A stretch of 63,690 nucleotides of DNA, filler included, from Octopus bimaculoides (lineage: Eukaryota): the NCBI RefSeq assembly GCF_001194135.2. It is 5 parts of 4 records of this genome, joined end to end, with 100 filler letters (N's around TTAATTAATTAA, not from the genome) between each part and the next. Parts side by side here need not be neighbours in the genome. Positions count along the whole stretch, not along the records: positions 1 to 28,131 come from NC_068990.1; 4 more parts are not named here. The stretch is one strand, 5' to 3'. Below, piece after piece: positions 14,061 through 25,858 of this stretch (positions are counted from its first letter, which is position 1; every line of letters begins with the position of its first letter). The notes under the pieces were generated by a model, which was not told the DNA's origin, ran no database searches, and saw nothing but the letters and a program-made list of their open reading frames with translations. Both the position numbers and the translations under genes were made by a program.

Positions 14061-14946
14061 AAAACTAGCTGATTGGTTGATTGATTGATTGATTGATTGA
14101 TTGGCCGAACAATTAAGCAAACAATCGATTAGTTAATTGGTTTAACAGTTAACCACTAGTCAAATAAAAAATAAAGAAAGGAAACACAGCAAGAGTGTGT
14201 GTTAATTATTCGCATAATGACCCGCCCAAGATACTACATAATCTGTTCCAGCACATAAAGTTCACTTCAAGTATCTTGCAAACCAAAAAAGATCTTCGAT
14301 ATACTTAGAATCAGAAGCTACTGCATGCTACTCACATCTGTCTAACAACGTTGCTTCAATCCTGTTAAACCTCACTGAATTCCGCTGGATGTTATGATAT
14401 TATCTCCTTTCTGATATTCTTCAAAGAACTTAACTGAAAAATGTGCAAGACGGGAATTTTAATGAATGGTTAAACCAATTCAATCGTGGTAGGCACATGT
14501 TTCTTTGACTATTTGTAACTGTTCTCAGACATCTAAAAGTAAGACATTTGAATGATTGACAAAGATTCTCATATCTACACAGTTCAACCACCAACTCACA
14601 GGCAGATGCATGTTTCGTTTGTCTACATTTTCTTTCGGAAATACATCACCCACCCTTTTCCTTTGAAATTGGGATCTTGCTTCAAGCAATACAACTTTCA
14701 CAACTTATCTATCTCATTCTCCTGATATTTCAGAAAATAGTGCGCGCAAAGCCTTCTAATTTTTAAAAGATGTGACAATCAGCTTTATCTCCTTATTAAA
14801 TATGAAAATGTATTTAAAAGGAAGATGTCCCGAAAACTTAAAATCCAGAAACTTTAAACGCTAAAGCAATTTACACACGCATATATTTACCATCTACGTC
14901 ATATATATGCATGTGTGTATGCGCTGTGTGAGTGTGTACACACACA

Positions 14947-14996
<50 letters not shown>

Positions 14997-15283
14997 NNNN
15001 NNNNNNNNNNNNNNNNNNNNNNNNNNNATATATATATATATATATATATATATAATTGTTTTGTGCATGTGTGTGTGTAAATATATGTATATATAAAGGG
15101 CTGTAAGGTGCAGGTACTGTGGATGTGTGGGAAAAAGCTGGCTTTCAACTGTATAGTCCCAGGTTCGCGGTGTGTAACACCTAAGTCAAATATTTCTCCT
15201 ATAGCTCCAGGCCAAATGAAACCCTATAAGCCGGTTTGGAAAACAGAAACTGAAAGACGTTCGCCATACACACACACATATGT

Positions 15284-15332
<49 letters not shown>

Positions 15333-15726
15333 TGTGTGTGTCTGACCCGGAGTAGTAGCATCTGTCAAAGCCCCAATTATTAGTTATCTAGCATATGAGC
15401 GACGGTACGTTGAAATACTCATGTTGGTATCCGAGAGCGTAGTAAGCCCAATGGGAGTGAGGGGACACTGATCTTTGTTAAAAGCATTCCTCAAGGATAG
15501 AATAAATCGTATATAGTACCCGCTGCTCTACTGAGCGCGGCATCTTGGACTTTGCTTCTCTCTGGGATTCTTGGTATTGTTAGTGAGAGGCATTGTGGTG
15601 TTGTGCAAGCTGCAGTTGACTTAAAACCTTTTTACGGCCATAGCTGACACTTACCAGTCAGCACTGGTCGTGCTCGTCTAACGGATAAACAACCCTCATA
15701 TACACATATACTGTACATATATATGT

Positions 15727-15889
15727 AAGCGTAGGAGTGGCTCTGTGGTAAGTAGCTAGCTTACGAAGCACATGGTTCATGGTTCAGTCCCACTGCGTGG
15801 CACCTTGGGCAGGTGTCTTCCACTATAGCCTCGAGCCGACCAAAGCCTTGTGAGTGGATTTGGTAGACGGAAACTGAAAGAAGCCCGTC

Positions 15890-15959
<70 letters not shown>

Positions 15960-16120
15960 ATGTGTCTGTGTTTGTCCCCCAACATTGCTTGACAAACAAT
16001 GCTGGTTTGTTTACGTCCCCGTAACTTAGCAGTTCGACGAAAGAATAAGTACTAGGCTTACAAATAATAAGTTCTGGAGTCGATTTGCTCGACTAAAGTT
16101 GTGCTCAAGTAAAAGAGTAA
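15727..16120 (+). mobile_element. SINE family A, near full length
   Basis: Head, core, internal (TA)n(TG)n and tail. Confidence 0.88.
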
Positions 16121-16684
16121 AAGATATATATATATATCTTTTATATATATATATTATAAACATTCGTATTATACACACAAATATTCACTCACACACATAC
16201 GTTTATGTATGTGTATATTTATGTATATATATATATCTTGAAGAACATGTTTTAATGTTTTATAAATGCAAAGTCAATATTTATTTTTATGAACCAGATG
16301 ATGCATTACAACTATATACTTCTTTTTAATTTTTGCTTGTATTTCTACAAAGGCTAGCCTGGCCTTTAGAGAAATAAAAGTATGTTTTGAGATATTTGCA
16401 TAATTCTAAGACACCACCTGGTCAATAAATTAAATGTGCGCGTGCATGTATGCGTGTATTTACACATACGCATAAACGTGTGTTTGTTTTATGACCAGAA
16501 AACCACAGATTTGAAAAACAACTCAAATACCAATTTATTAAGAAGCAGAATATGATAGATAAATATTTATTTTTGCTGAAAGCTAAATTACATAGGAAAA
16601 CTCTTATTCCATCTTATAAATGGTCGGAAGAATATGAGATGTAAATAAGTGATGCAAATAATCCGAATCCAGGGTATATTTTTA

Positions 16685-16998
16685 GAGCTCAGGCGTGGCT
16701 GTCTGGTAAGAAGCTTGCTTCCGAACTACATAGTTCTGCGTTTAGACCTTGGGCAAGTGATTTCTACTGTAGCCTCGGGCCGTAAAGCCTTGTGAGTGGA
16801 TTTGGTAGACGGAAACTGAAAGACCGTTGTATGTGTGTATATGTATCTATGTGTGTGTGTAACATTGTGTCAGTATTTGTCCCCTACCACATCTTGACAA
16901 CCGGTGTTGGTGTGTTTCGATCCCCGTAACATTAGCAGTTCGGAGAAAAATACCGATAGCGTGGCCGCAGTCAAACGACTCAAGCAAGTAAAAGAAAA
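16685..16998 (+). mobile_element. SINE family A
   Basis: Same modules with small deletions. Confidence 0.8.
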
Positions 16999-17139
16999 AT
17001 GAAAGACAAAAAGTGATGTGAGCCCATGTTTAGAGGTGGAAAAGACTCGAGTAGATGATGAGCGGGTAGACGTAAACACTTTTATTAAAAACTATTACCA
17101 TATGTATATATATACATACATACATGACACACACACACA

Positions 17140-17200
<61 letters not shown>

Positions 17201-17789
17201 CACGACAAGCGTCTTTCAGTTTCCATCTACGAAATCCACCCATGTCTGTAGCAGAAGGAACTTGCCTAATGTGTCGCACAGGACTGAGCTCGAAGCAATA
17301 CAATTGCAAAATGAGTATCAGTTATGATAGGTTCAACTATTAATAGCAACTACGGATAACAGTATATTTAAAATTGCTATGTTTGAATTAAAACTCGAAT
17401 ACAAGGTATGAAACGAAAGTCGACTTCGGTAGAATTTAACCTCAGAATGTAAAGACGGACGAAATGCCATTAAACATTTTGCCCGGCGTCTAACGATCTC
17501 CAGGCCGCCGCTTTTGTATTTATGTAATAATAATAATAATTTCTGGCTTAAAAGCAAGGCCAAACATTTCTGATTTGTAGCAGTTTTACTTCTCAGTTTA
17601 TATACGCCATATAAAGCGTATGTGAAAGGCAATAGCGTTACAAAATTTAATTTACTCAGCTATCAGCAATAAGTAATCTCTACACACACTTAAACATATA
17701 AAGTCATGCGAATAAGTAAAACGTCCTCCATTTTCCACTACAGAAACAATATGGACGTCCTTACATCATAACAAGACAATAGAAAATAA

Positions 17790-17995
17790 TCGTTTCAAAT
17801 TTTGGAACAAGGCCAGCAATTATAGAGAAGAGTTGAATTCGTTGACCCAGGTGCTAAACTGGTGTTTATTTTACCTTTGATAGGATGAAAGGCAAAGTTG
17901 ACCTGTTTTGTAATTCAGAACGTAAAGCTCGAAGAATTAGTATTAAGCATTTTGCCCTACACGGTAACTAACTATCCTGGCCAGTTCTCCGCCAA
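17790..17995 (-). mobile_element. SINE family B (another partial copy at 17400-17510)
   Basis: tttcaaattttggaacaaggccagc tail and gatgaaaggcaaagttgacc core. Confidence 0.7.
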
Positions 17996-19252
17996 AGCAA
18001 TAGAAAATAATATAATAGAGCCAATGGGATTTCATGAGTTTCAATTGTACAAAGATAGCATTTAGCTTTATTTCCTGCATTAGTTTAGGATAATATTTCC
18101 ATTTTAAACTATATTTGGTGTCACTTCTTTATAAAATTCCATTTAATATTAATGGACAGTATCAAGTTAAACAGATAACAGATAAATTTCCTCTTTGGTG
18201 AAAGTACAGTATATTAAAAATGATATTTCTAACATATTTGGTTACTTATTCCTCACAGATCAGTTAATAGTTGCAGTTTGAATTCGGAGTAAACAGCTTA
18301 GAAGTACAACGAAACATTTACACTAGATTTACCCTTGGTCATCAAATATAGCATCTAAGCAACCTTTACATTCTTCTTTAAACTATTTCTCTGATTTAAG
18401 CAGCGTAAAATTAAATACAATTTCACATTCAACATTTTTTAAATTTTATTTCTTTCTCTAGTACTTTTACCTCTATTTCTTTCTTTTTTTTATTTTATAA
18501 GGATATGAAAAAATGTTATCACTTATTCACAGAGAGGCAAGTAACACGTTTCTAAGTAGCCCTGCAACTGTGTCGTTTAGTGAAAGAGGATAATGTATAA
18601 TTAGCATGAAGTAAGTAGCTTGTTCATTCGTGGGAAAACAAATTGACATTTGTAGCGTCTATTTGAAATCTTATGATCAGAATACAGCTCTGTCGCTATA
18701 GTGACGTAATTATATGCTGTTTTGACATTTCAAGGAAAAATATCTGGTTAAAAAAAAGGAAATATTTCTGTTTGATTAATTGTGACAAAACTGCGATAGC
18801 TTGTCAGTAGGTAGAGTTGAAAAACATCACGAACGTGTCAACGGCAACTTTCACTGATTTCAAATCATATTCTTCTAATATGGATGGAATCAACTGATTG
18901 CAGAAGGATTCAAGATTTGTTACTTAAAAATGTAGTAACAACACTGACAATGAATTGGCAGGGCGTTTAGCTGAAGGTTTCGCGTTATTTAATAGTGAAC
19001 CTTATTCGTTCTAAGTTCAAATCCTATTCCAGTCGCCTTTTGCGTTTCACCCACATCCCCACTTATCTTTTAAATTAATATTAGTCAGGTTCTTTTTTTT
19101 TTTTTTGGTGGGGGGATTATCAAAAGAACTTCTCTCCCACTACATTTCTGTCCTTAAGCATAAGTAAGAAATAATTATTATGTTAAATCAGGGGCGCAAA
19201 ATTCTTTGTAGTATTTAGTTATATTCCTTTGCATTCCGAGGTTTAAATTCAT

Positions 19253-19462
19253 ATCGATTTCAAACTTTGGCACAAGGCCAGCAACTTCAGGGAGTCGATT
19301 ACGTCAGCTGCAGTGCTTAAATGGTATTTATTTTATCAACTCTGAAAAGATGAAAGGCAAAGTCGACCTCGGCGGAATTTGAACTCATAATGTAAAGACG
19401 GGCGAAATGCCCCTAAGCATTTTGTCCAGCGTGCTAACAATTCTGCCAGCTCACCACCTTAA
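19253..19462 (-). mobile_element. SINE family B
   Basis: Clear head, core (gatgaaaggcaaagtcgacctcggcggaatttgaactc) and tail. Confidence 0.85.
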
Positions 19463-20673
19463 CTTCATATTCTATATTTCCTGGATTTATAAAGTAGGGA
19501 CCAGTCAATAACTGGATCGTTGAAAATGATCATTTTACTGTTTAATCAGAAGCGTAATGGCAGTGGTCGTGAACTGTTCCAGGGCCTTGAAGACTGATGC
19601 ACATAAAGGAGTGGGGGAAGATAACATGACTGTTGATTGTCGGCACATTTCTGGTATAATATTCTTCTTATTGCTGTTGTATTCTTATTGATTTTGTAAG
19701 GTTCTCAATGATCTTCAATTATTTTTCTTTTATTCTATTTTTGAAATTAAAGAAATTGATGGGATCCCAAAAGGTTATATACGCAGTGGAATTGTGGTTA
19801 GTTAGATTTTGGAAATGGAAGTAACTCAGATTTTGCAGTGCTAATGATTTTCACGTAAGTATTAGGCGCTGTATTTGAAGTAACGAAGCGAAACTATTTC
19901 GAAACAGAACTAAAGTAGTGATACGTTCCTGGTTATAACTTTTCACAAGATGCGTAGCCTTGTTCTTACGTTAGAAATTTTTATCACATTTGAAAAGCAT
20001 CAACCATATATTTTTAAACTCATTGTCAGCAACACACGCTTTCCTAAGATTTTACATATCATTATTATCCCATTTTGATAATGTATTGCCCGACTTTGAT
20101 GATGCTTGGAAGGTTTAAACATTCCTTTAATTTGCATAACCTCGTATAACCTTCAATATTTTGTGGTTTCCTTACATACCTCAAGCTACAGTTTCTCTTT
20201 ATTATGCTGTTTATTCACTTCTCTGTTTGGTAATTTATGACTATTTTCTTTGTGAATACTACTCATCGCTTTATCACGTATATATCTCAATCTGCACTTT
20301 GATTTCAATTATCTCTCAATTGTCCTGTCTTTCTCAAATCGTTTTTGTAATGAACGAGAATATATATTCACTATGGGCAATTTCAGTATTTAAGAGTTCT
20401 GTAATGTTAATGACATATGACGACATTCACAAAGCTTTCATGTTTTACGATATAGTAGAGAAGATATGGGAATAGAGAGGTGTAAAATACATGCATTCCT
20501 GAATTCATATGGTAAAAGAAGTAAAACTGTGAATGGAAATCATACCATGAACAGATATAATACAGAATCTGTACAATAACGGTGTTTTGTTATACAGTTG
20601 TAAAAAGGGCTTCTTTGCAATGAGCTAGATTTGTATAATTCGTTGTTAAGTCTATTTTATAATGGTAGACATA

Positions 20674-20864
20674 CGAGGGGATGCTGGAAAGTTCTTGTCT
20701 TTGGATAAAAGAGAATAGCGGAGGATCAGTTAATTATGATTTTATTCTACATATTCCACCCTATCAGATTCACACACTTATTGCAGAGGTCCTTCAGGTT
20801 TTCTAAGCACCGTAAAAATAACTCGAAACGCCCTTAAATCCAGGAACTTTTTAGTACACTCTCG
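20674..20864. mobile_element. Mariner-type MITE (191 bp)
   Basis: Terminal inverted repeats cgaggggatgctggaaagttc / gaactttttagtacactctcg with TA on both sides. Confidence 0.75.
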
Positions 20865-21257
20865 TATATGTGTGTTGGCCGAATATTGAACTAGTTAGCT
20901 TCACAAACACAAGATTCTGGGTTCGAACCCATTGCATGGAAGCGTATGTATTGAGTTTTACTATAGCCGTGGGTCAATTTTTGTCTTGTGAATGCAACTG
21001 GATGGAAAGAAAACTGGATTGAAACCTGTCGAAAAAATTGAACTTGTAATTCAACGACTCGGAGCTTTGTCAGTCTTATTCTACCTGAGCATTATGTTAA
21101 GGATACACGTATATAGAATATTCAATGAATAGGTAGTCAGCTGATGGAACATTTGAATACACATCGTTAAAAAAGTTGTAGATCAGTTTATCTTTAATGC
21201 GTACACACACATAGACTAACATATATAGATAGAAAGATGGATATGTATGCATTATAT

Positions 21258-21465
21258 TGGTTTCAAATTTTGGCAAAAGGCCAGCAATTTTGGGGGAGCA
21301 GTAAATCCTTTACAACAACCCCAGTACTCAACTGATACTTATTTTATCGGCCCCAAAAGGATAAAAGGCAAAGTCGACCCGGGCGGAATTTGAACACAGA
21401 ACGTAAAGATGAAATATCGCTAAGCATTTTTCCCGGTGTGGTAACGATTCTTTCAGCTCCTCACC
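21258..21465 (-). mobile_element. SINE family B
   Basis: Same modules as 19253-19462. Confidence 0.85.
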
Positions 21466-21483
21466 GAATGAATTCATTGCACG

Positions 21484-21521
<38 letters not shown>

Positions 21522-23321
21522 NNNNNNNNNNNNNNNNNNNNNNNNNNNNNNNNNNNNNNNNNNNNNNNNNNNNNNNNNNNNNNNNNNNNNNNNNNNNNNN
21601 NNNNNNNNNNNNNNNNNNNNNNNNNNNNNNNNNNNNNNNNNNNNNNNNNNNNNNNNNNNNNNNNNNNNNNNNNNNNNNNNNNNNNNNNNNNNNNNNNNNN
21701 NNNNNNNNNNNNNNNNNNNNNNNNNNNNNNNNNNNNNNNNNNNNNNNNNNNNNNNNNNNNNNNNNNNNNNNNNNNNNNNNNNNNNNNNNNNNNNNNNNNN
21801 NNNNNNNNNNNNNNNNNNNNNNNNNNNNNNNNNNNNNNNNNNNNNNNNNNNNNNNNNNNNNNNNNNNNNNNNNNNNNNNNNNNNNNNNNNNNNNNNNNNN
21901 NNNNNNNNNNNNNNNNNNNNNNNNNNNNNNNNNNNNNNNNNNNNNNNNNNNNNNNNNNNNNNNNNNNNNNNNNNNNNNNNNNNNNNNNNNNNNNNNNNNN
22001 NNNNNNNNNNNNNNNNNNNNNNNNNNNNNNNNNNNNNNNNNNNNNNNNNNNNNNNNNNNNNNNNNNNNNNNNNNNNNNNNNNNNNNNNNNNNNNNNNNNN
22101 NNNNNNNNNNNNNNNNNNNNNNNNTATATATATATATATATATATATCACGTCACATATCATATCATCAGTGTTGTCTTCATTAATGCATGTAATAAGAG
22201 TCATCCTGACTTTGCTTTCTATAGCAGAGTTCTTAAAGAAATTGACCTACTTTTATTCAGTTCATTTTATATTTGTTGCCAACATCGGTGCAAAAATTAG
22301 TTAATAATATATGATAGTTTGAAAGTATTTTGAAATATCCTATAATTAATACTCTCCTACACGTATTTTATTGTTACTGGGTATAATATGGCAAGATAAG
22401 TGAATACACAAAATAGTAACTAGTTAAGAGGAATTTAACTTGAGGCAATGTCGTAGATAAGCAAGTTGTGAAGTAAGACCTTTGTCAACTGTCAAGTGTA
22501 ATCACCGACCGTTAACGTGGCACCAGAGCAAAAGTCTTTCTCTGCTCCTCCTCGCTGCAATACAATTCGGTGACTTAGAACTCATCACAATAACAAAGGT
22601 TGTTTGTTACGAGCTCTTACTTGGTAGCTCAACCTGCAAGAAATAACAGCCAAAATTCCCTCAGATCATCCTTTCGACTTAAAATGAGGAAAAACTGGAC
22701 TGGTGTGATATACTATCTATAACTTGGTCAACTTTGGTCAAAGGTGAGCTTAATCAAGATTGATTTTGAATTAAACATAAACAATAGCAATAACAACAGC
22801 AGCTGCAGTTGCAGTAGCAACCACAGTTCAGTTGATTAGGCCTCATTGATAGAAGGACTTGTCTACATTTTCTAAATTTAAACCCCTCAACGCAGTAACA
22901 CAATTTGTTTTGCCACTAAGTTGACTAACATTGAATTCACTGCGCCTCAGGTGACCTCTGGTTCTGGAATAGATGTCACATTGTTAAATTGTTACCTGAT
23001 CTTTTAGAATGGGCATCAGTTCTACTAGTAAACGTAGCTCTCTGGAATAGGAAGCAAATTTCTATAATACATATCAGATCATCTGGAATACGTAACAGAT
23101 TATCTGGAACAAGTTTCTTATCTGGAATAGGTACAAAATCTTTAGAAAGCGATCCAGGCTTCTAGAACGTCGTCTTACAGATCAGATCAGTTTTTTTTTT
23201 CTGTGTGCGCGTGTGTGTGTGTGCGTGGTTACTGGTAGTATTGATGATGTTGATGTTCTTGTTGTCTAACTGCAGCAACAGATTTCCTGGAAAGTTTACC
23301 AACAGTAGATCAGAATATTGT

Positions 23322-23358
23322 TCAGGATCAAATAAAGCCTGGCTTTATTTGATCCTGA
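23322..23358. repeat. 37-bp palindrome (18-bp arms, 1-nt centre)
   Basis: tcaggatcaaataaagcc-t-ggctttatttgatcctga. Confidence 0.95.
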
Positions 23359-24077
23359 GCTAGTTTAACAACATCATCTGGCTCTTGGTTACCTATAGAG
23401 AAGCCCTATTTGTGGTAGTAATTTGAGACACGTCTCTGTTCTGAGCATGAATTCTCTCCTCAATTCCACCCGTGTCGAAGGCACAAAATAAGGTCATAGA
23501 TGCTGATCTTCCTCTGACAAATTAACCTACAAAATGCATGTATTGTCTTTTATGAATGATCGCAGATGAGAATAGAAGTTTATAATTTTGAAATGAATGC
23601 TGTAAACCCTTTCGTTTGAGACTCAAGCGATTCTGCCAACCCACCGCCGTTTTTAACATTTATAACTTATATGTTGTCATGTCATATCAGCCCCTGCGAT
23701 AGTTTCCTTGCAGGCAGCTGCACCATTGTTAACTCTGAGACAGTGACACAAATAGATAGAGCAACAAGGAAAGAAATATGTCGGTGTTTTCGAAGAAAAA
23801 GCGTTTTCTTATGATGTCTTATTATAAATTATATTTTAGCCTCGAAGGGAGTGGAAGCAAGTTTTCATATTAATGCAACAGAAACCAGGAAAACATATTG
23901 ATCAATATCTACATGAAACAGAACTGAGAAACAGATGCAGCAAACAAACAATACTTTTTTTTTAAATAACAGATTAAATATCAAATATCATGTATATGAC
24001 GGCATTATTTTCCTAAAATCTATAAACATGGTAATCCACTTCTATATCTATAAACACAGAGAAGTATGAATGCAGCT

Positions 24078-24112
<35 letters not shown>

Positions 24113-24330
24113 TTAACATCCGCTATTCCAAGATAGCATGGGTCAGACGGAATATGATGAGGCACGTTTTCTTTAGAGCTGGATGTTTTTTCCCGTCGTC
24201 ACACTTCAAACATGCCTCTAAACAAGGTAAAATATTCCAATAGAAGACTACAAACAAACATACATCACTTGTGTGATAATGATGCTCATGTGCAACCATC
24301 ACGGGTTGTCTAGACAATGGTACAGAAACA
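24078..24330 (-). mobile_element. SINE-like 3' end with (GAT)n tail
   Basis: (CAT)n followed by tttaacatccgctattcca...gcatgggtcagacgg...gctggatg, recalled as a degraded octopus SINE tail. Confidence 0.45.
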
Positions 24331-24401
24331 GTCACACAGAGAGACGCACACGAAACAAAGTAGCTAGTTAGAAAATCTCTATAAGAAATTACACACACAC
24401 A

Positions 24402-24481
<80 letters not shown>

Positions 24482-24654
24482 GCAAGGGGCTGCTTTAGAT
24501 TCCGTCTACCAAAAATCACTCACAAGGCCTAATCGACCCATGGTTATAGTAGAAGAGAATTACCCAGATTAGTTCTTTTCTGTATTCGTTTTTATGCCTT
24601 TACGCTTATATTTATTGTGGGTGATAGGAGTGGCAAAGCAGGAAAAAGTATAGA

Positions 24655-24900
24655 AGCGCAGGCACAGCTATTCAATGTAGAAGCTCACTTTGCAACCACG
24701 TGCTTTAGTTTCAGTCCCACTACGGGGAACTTTACGCAAGTGTCTTCTGCTAAAACTCTGAGTTTTCAATGCCCTGTGAGAGAATTCGGTAGATGAAAAC
24801 TGCTGAGACCCCCGTCGTGTTTGTGTGTGTGTTTCTATTCTACAACCGATTGAGAATCGCTGCTGGTTTGTTTATGTCTCCATAATCTAGCGGTTCGATA
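24655..24900 (+). mobile_element. SINE family A, degraded
   Basis: ttcagtcccac...gtgtcttctgcta...gtgagagaattcggtagatgaaaactg. Confidence 0.65.
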
Positions 24901-25115
24901 ATGCTAATTATCCTGCGTTTGAGAATTCAAAGTTTATACTGTATCTAAAACAGACTGTTGCTTCTCAAAGTACAGTATTTTATTTTACGGCATTTACAAT
25001 ACCTGTTCTTTAATTAAGTCATATTTTTATTTCTTCCTATTTCTTTCTTTTATCCTGTGTTCAGAATATCAATGATAATGCTGACGCATATAGAGAGTCT
25101 TAATGACTTTAGAAA

Positions 25116-25560
25116 GGTGCAATGGTAATTTTGAAAGTGACAATCCGATAAAGATATAATTCAGTTATCCGGCAACCCCCTCCCCTCAGTCGTAGTTATG
25201 CCGGATGGGAGGGAGTTAACTATACTTCATGTAGTGTACAGATTCCGTTATGTTAAGAGTTTTTATGAGTTTTGTAAGGTGCAATGGTAATTTTAGAAGT
25301 GACAATCAGATATCCGAATAATTCAGTTATCCGACACCCCCTCCCCGCTCCCCAGTCATAGTGGTGCCGGATGGGAGGGAGTTAATTGTACTTCATGTAG
25401 TATATAGATTCCGTTACGTTACGAGTTTTCTAAAGTGCAATTGCCATGTTAAAAATGATAATCAGATAACCGAATAATTCGCTTATCCGACAACCCTCCA
25501 GTGGTAATGGTGCCGGATGGGAGGGAGTTAACTGTAATTCGTGTAGTGTGTAGATTCCTA
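25116..25560. repeat. Three diverged tandem units of about 160 bp
   Basis: Units start at 25116, 25278 and 25434; each carries ttatcc...gccggatgggagggagttaa.t.ta. Confidence 0.9.
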
Positions 25561-25812
25561 TACGTGCATAAAGTACACACGACACCCGTATAAATAGATA
25601 TATTGCAAAGACATTCGTTATATTGTTTTTCATTAGAAGAACATATGCAAACCAAACACTCAACATTTTGTCTGTCATTCGATGTAATTAGAGGCAATAA
25701 TAGAGATAGCAATTGTTCTCATCGCTATTTCTGCTGAATAATATATATTTCTATCTTTCTTCTTTTCTCTCACTCTCTCTGTTTGCCTGTCTGACGCTCT
25801 CTCCCTCCCTCT

Positions 25813-25858
<46 letters not shown>

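Noticed and set aside
25116-25560. CRISPR-like array
   Set aside because: Whole units are homologous with no unique spacers, and the context is eukaryotic.
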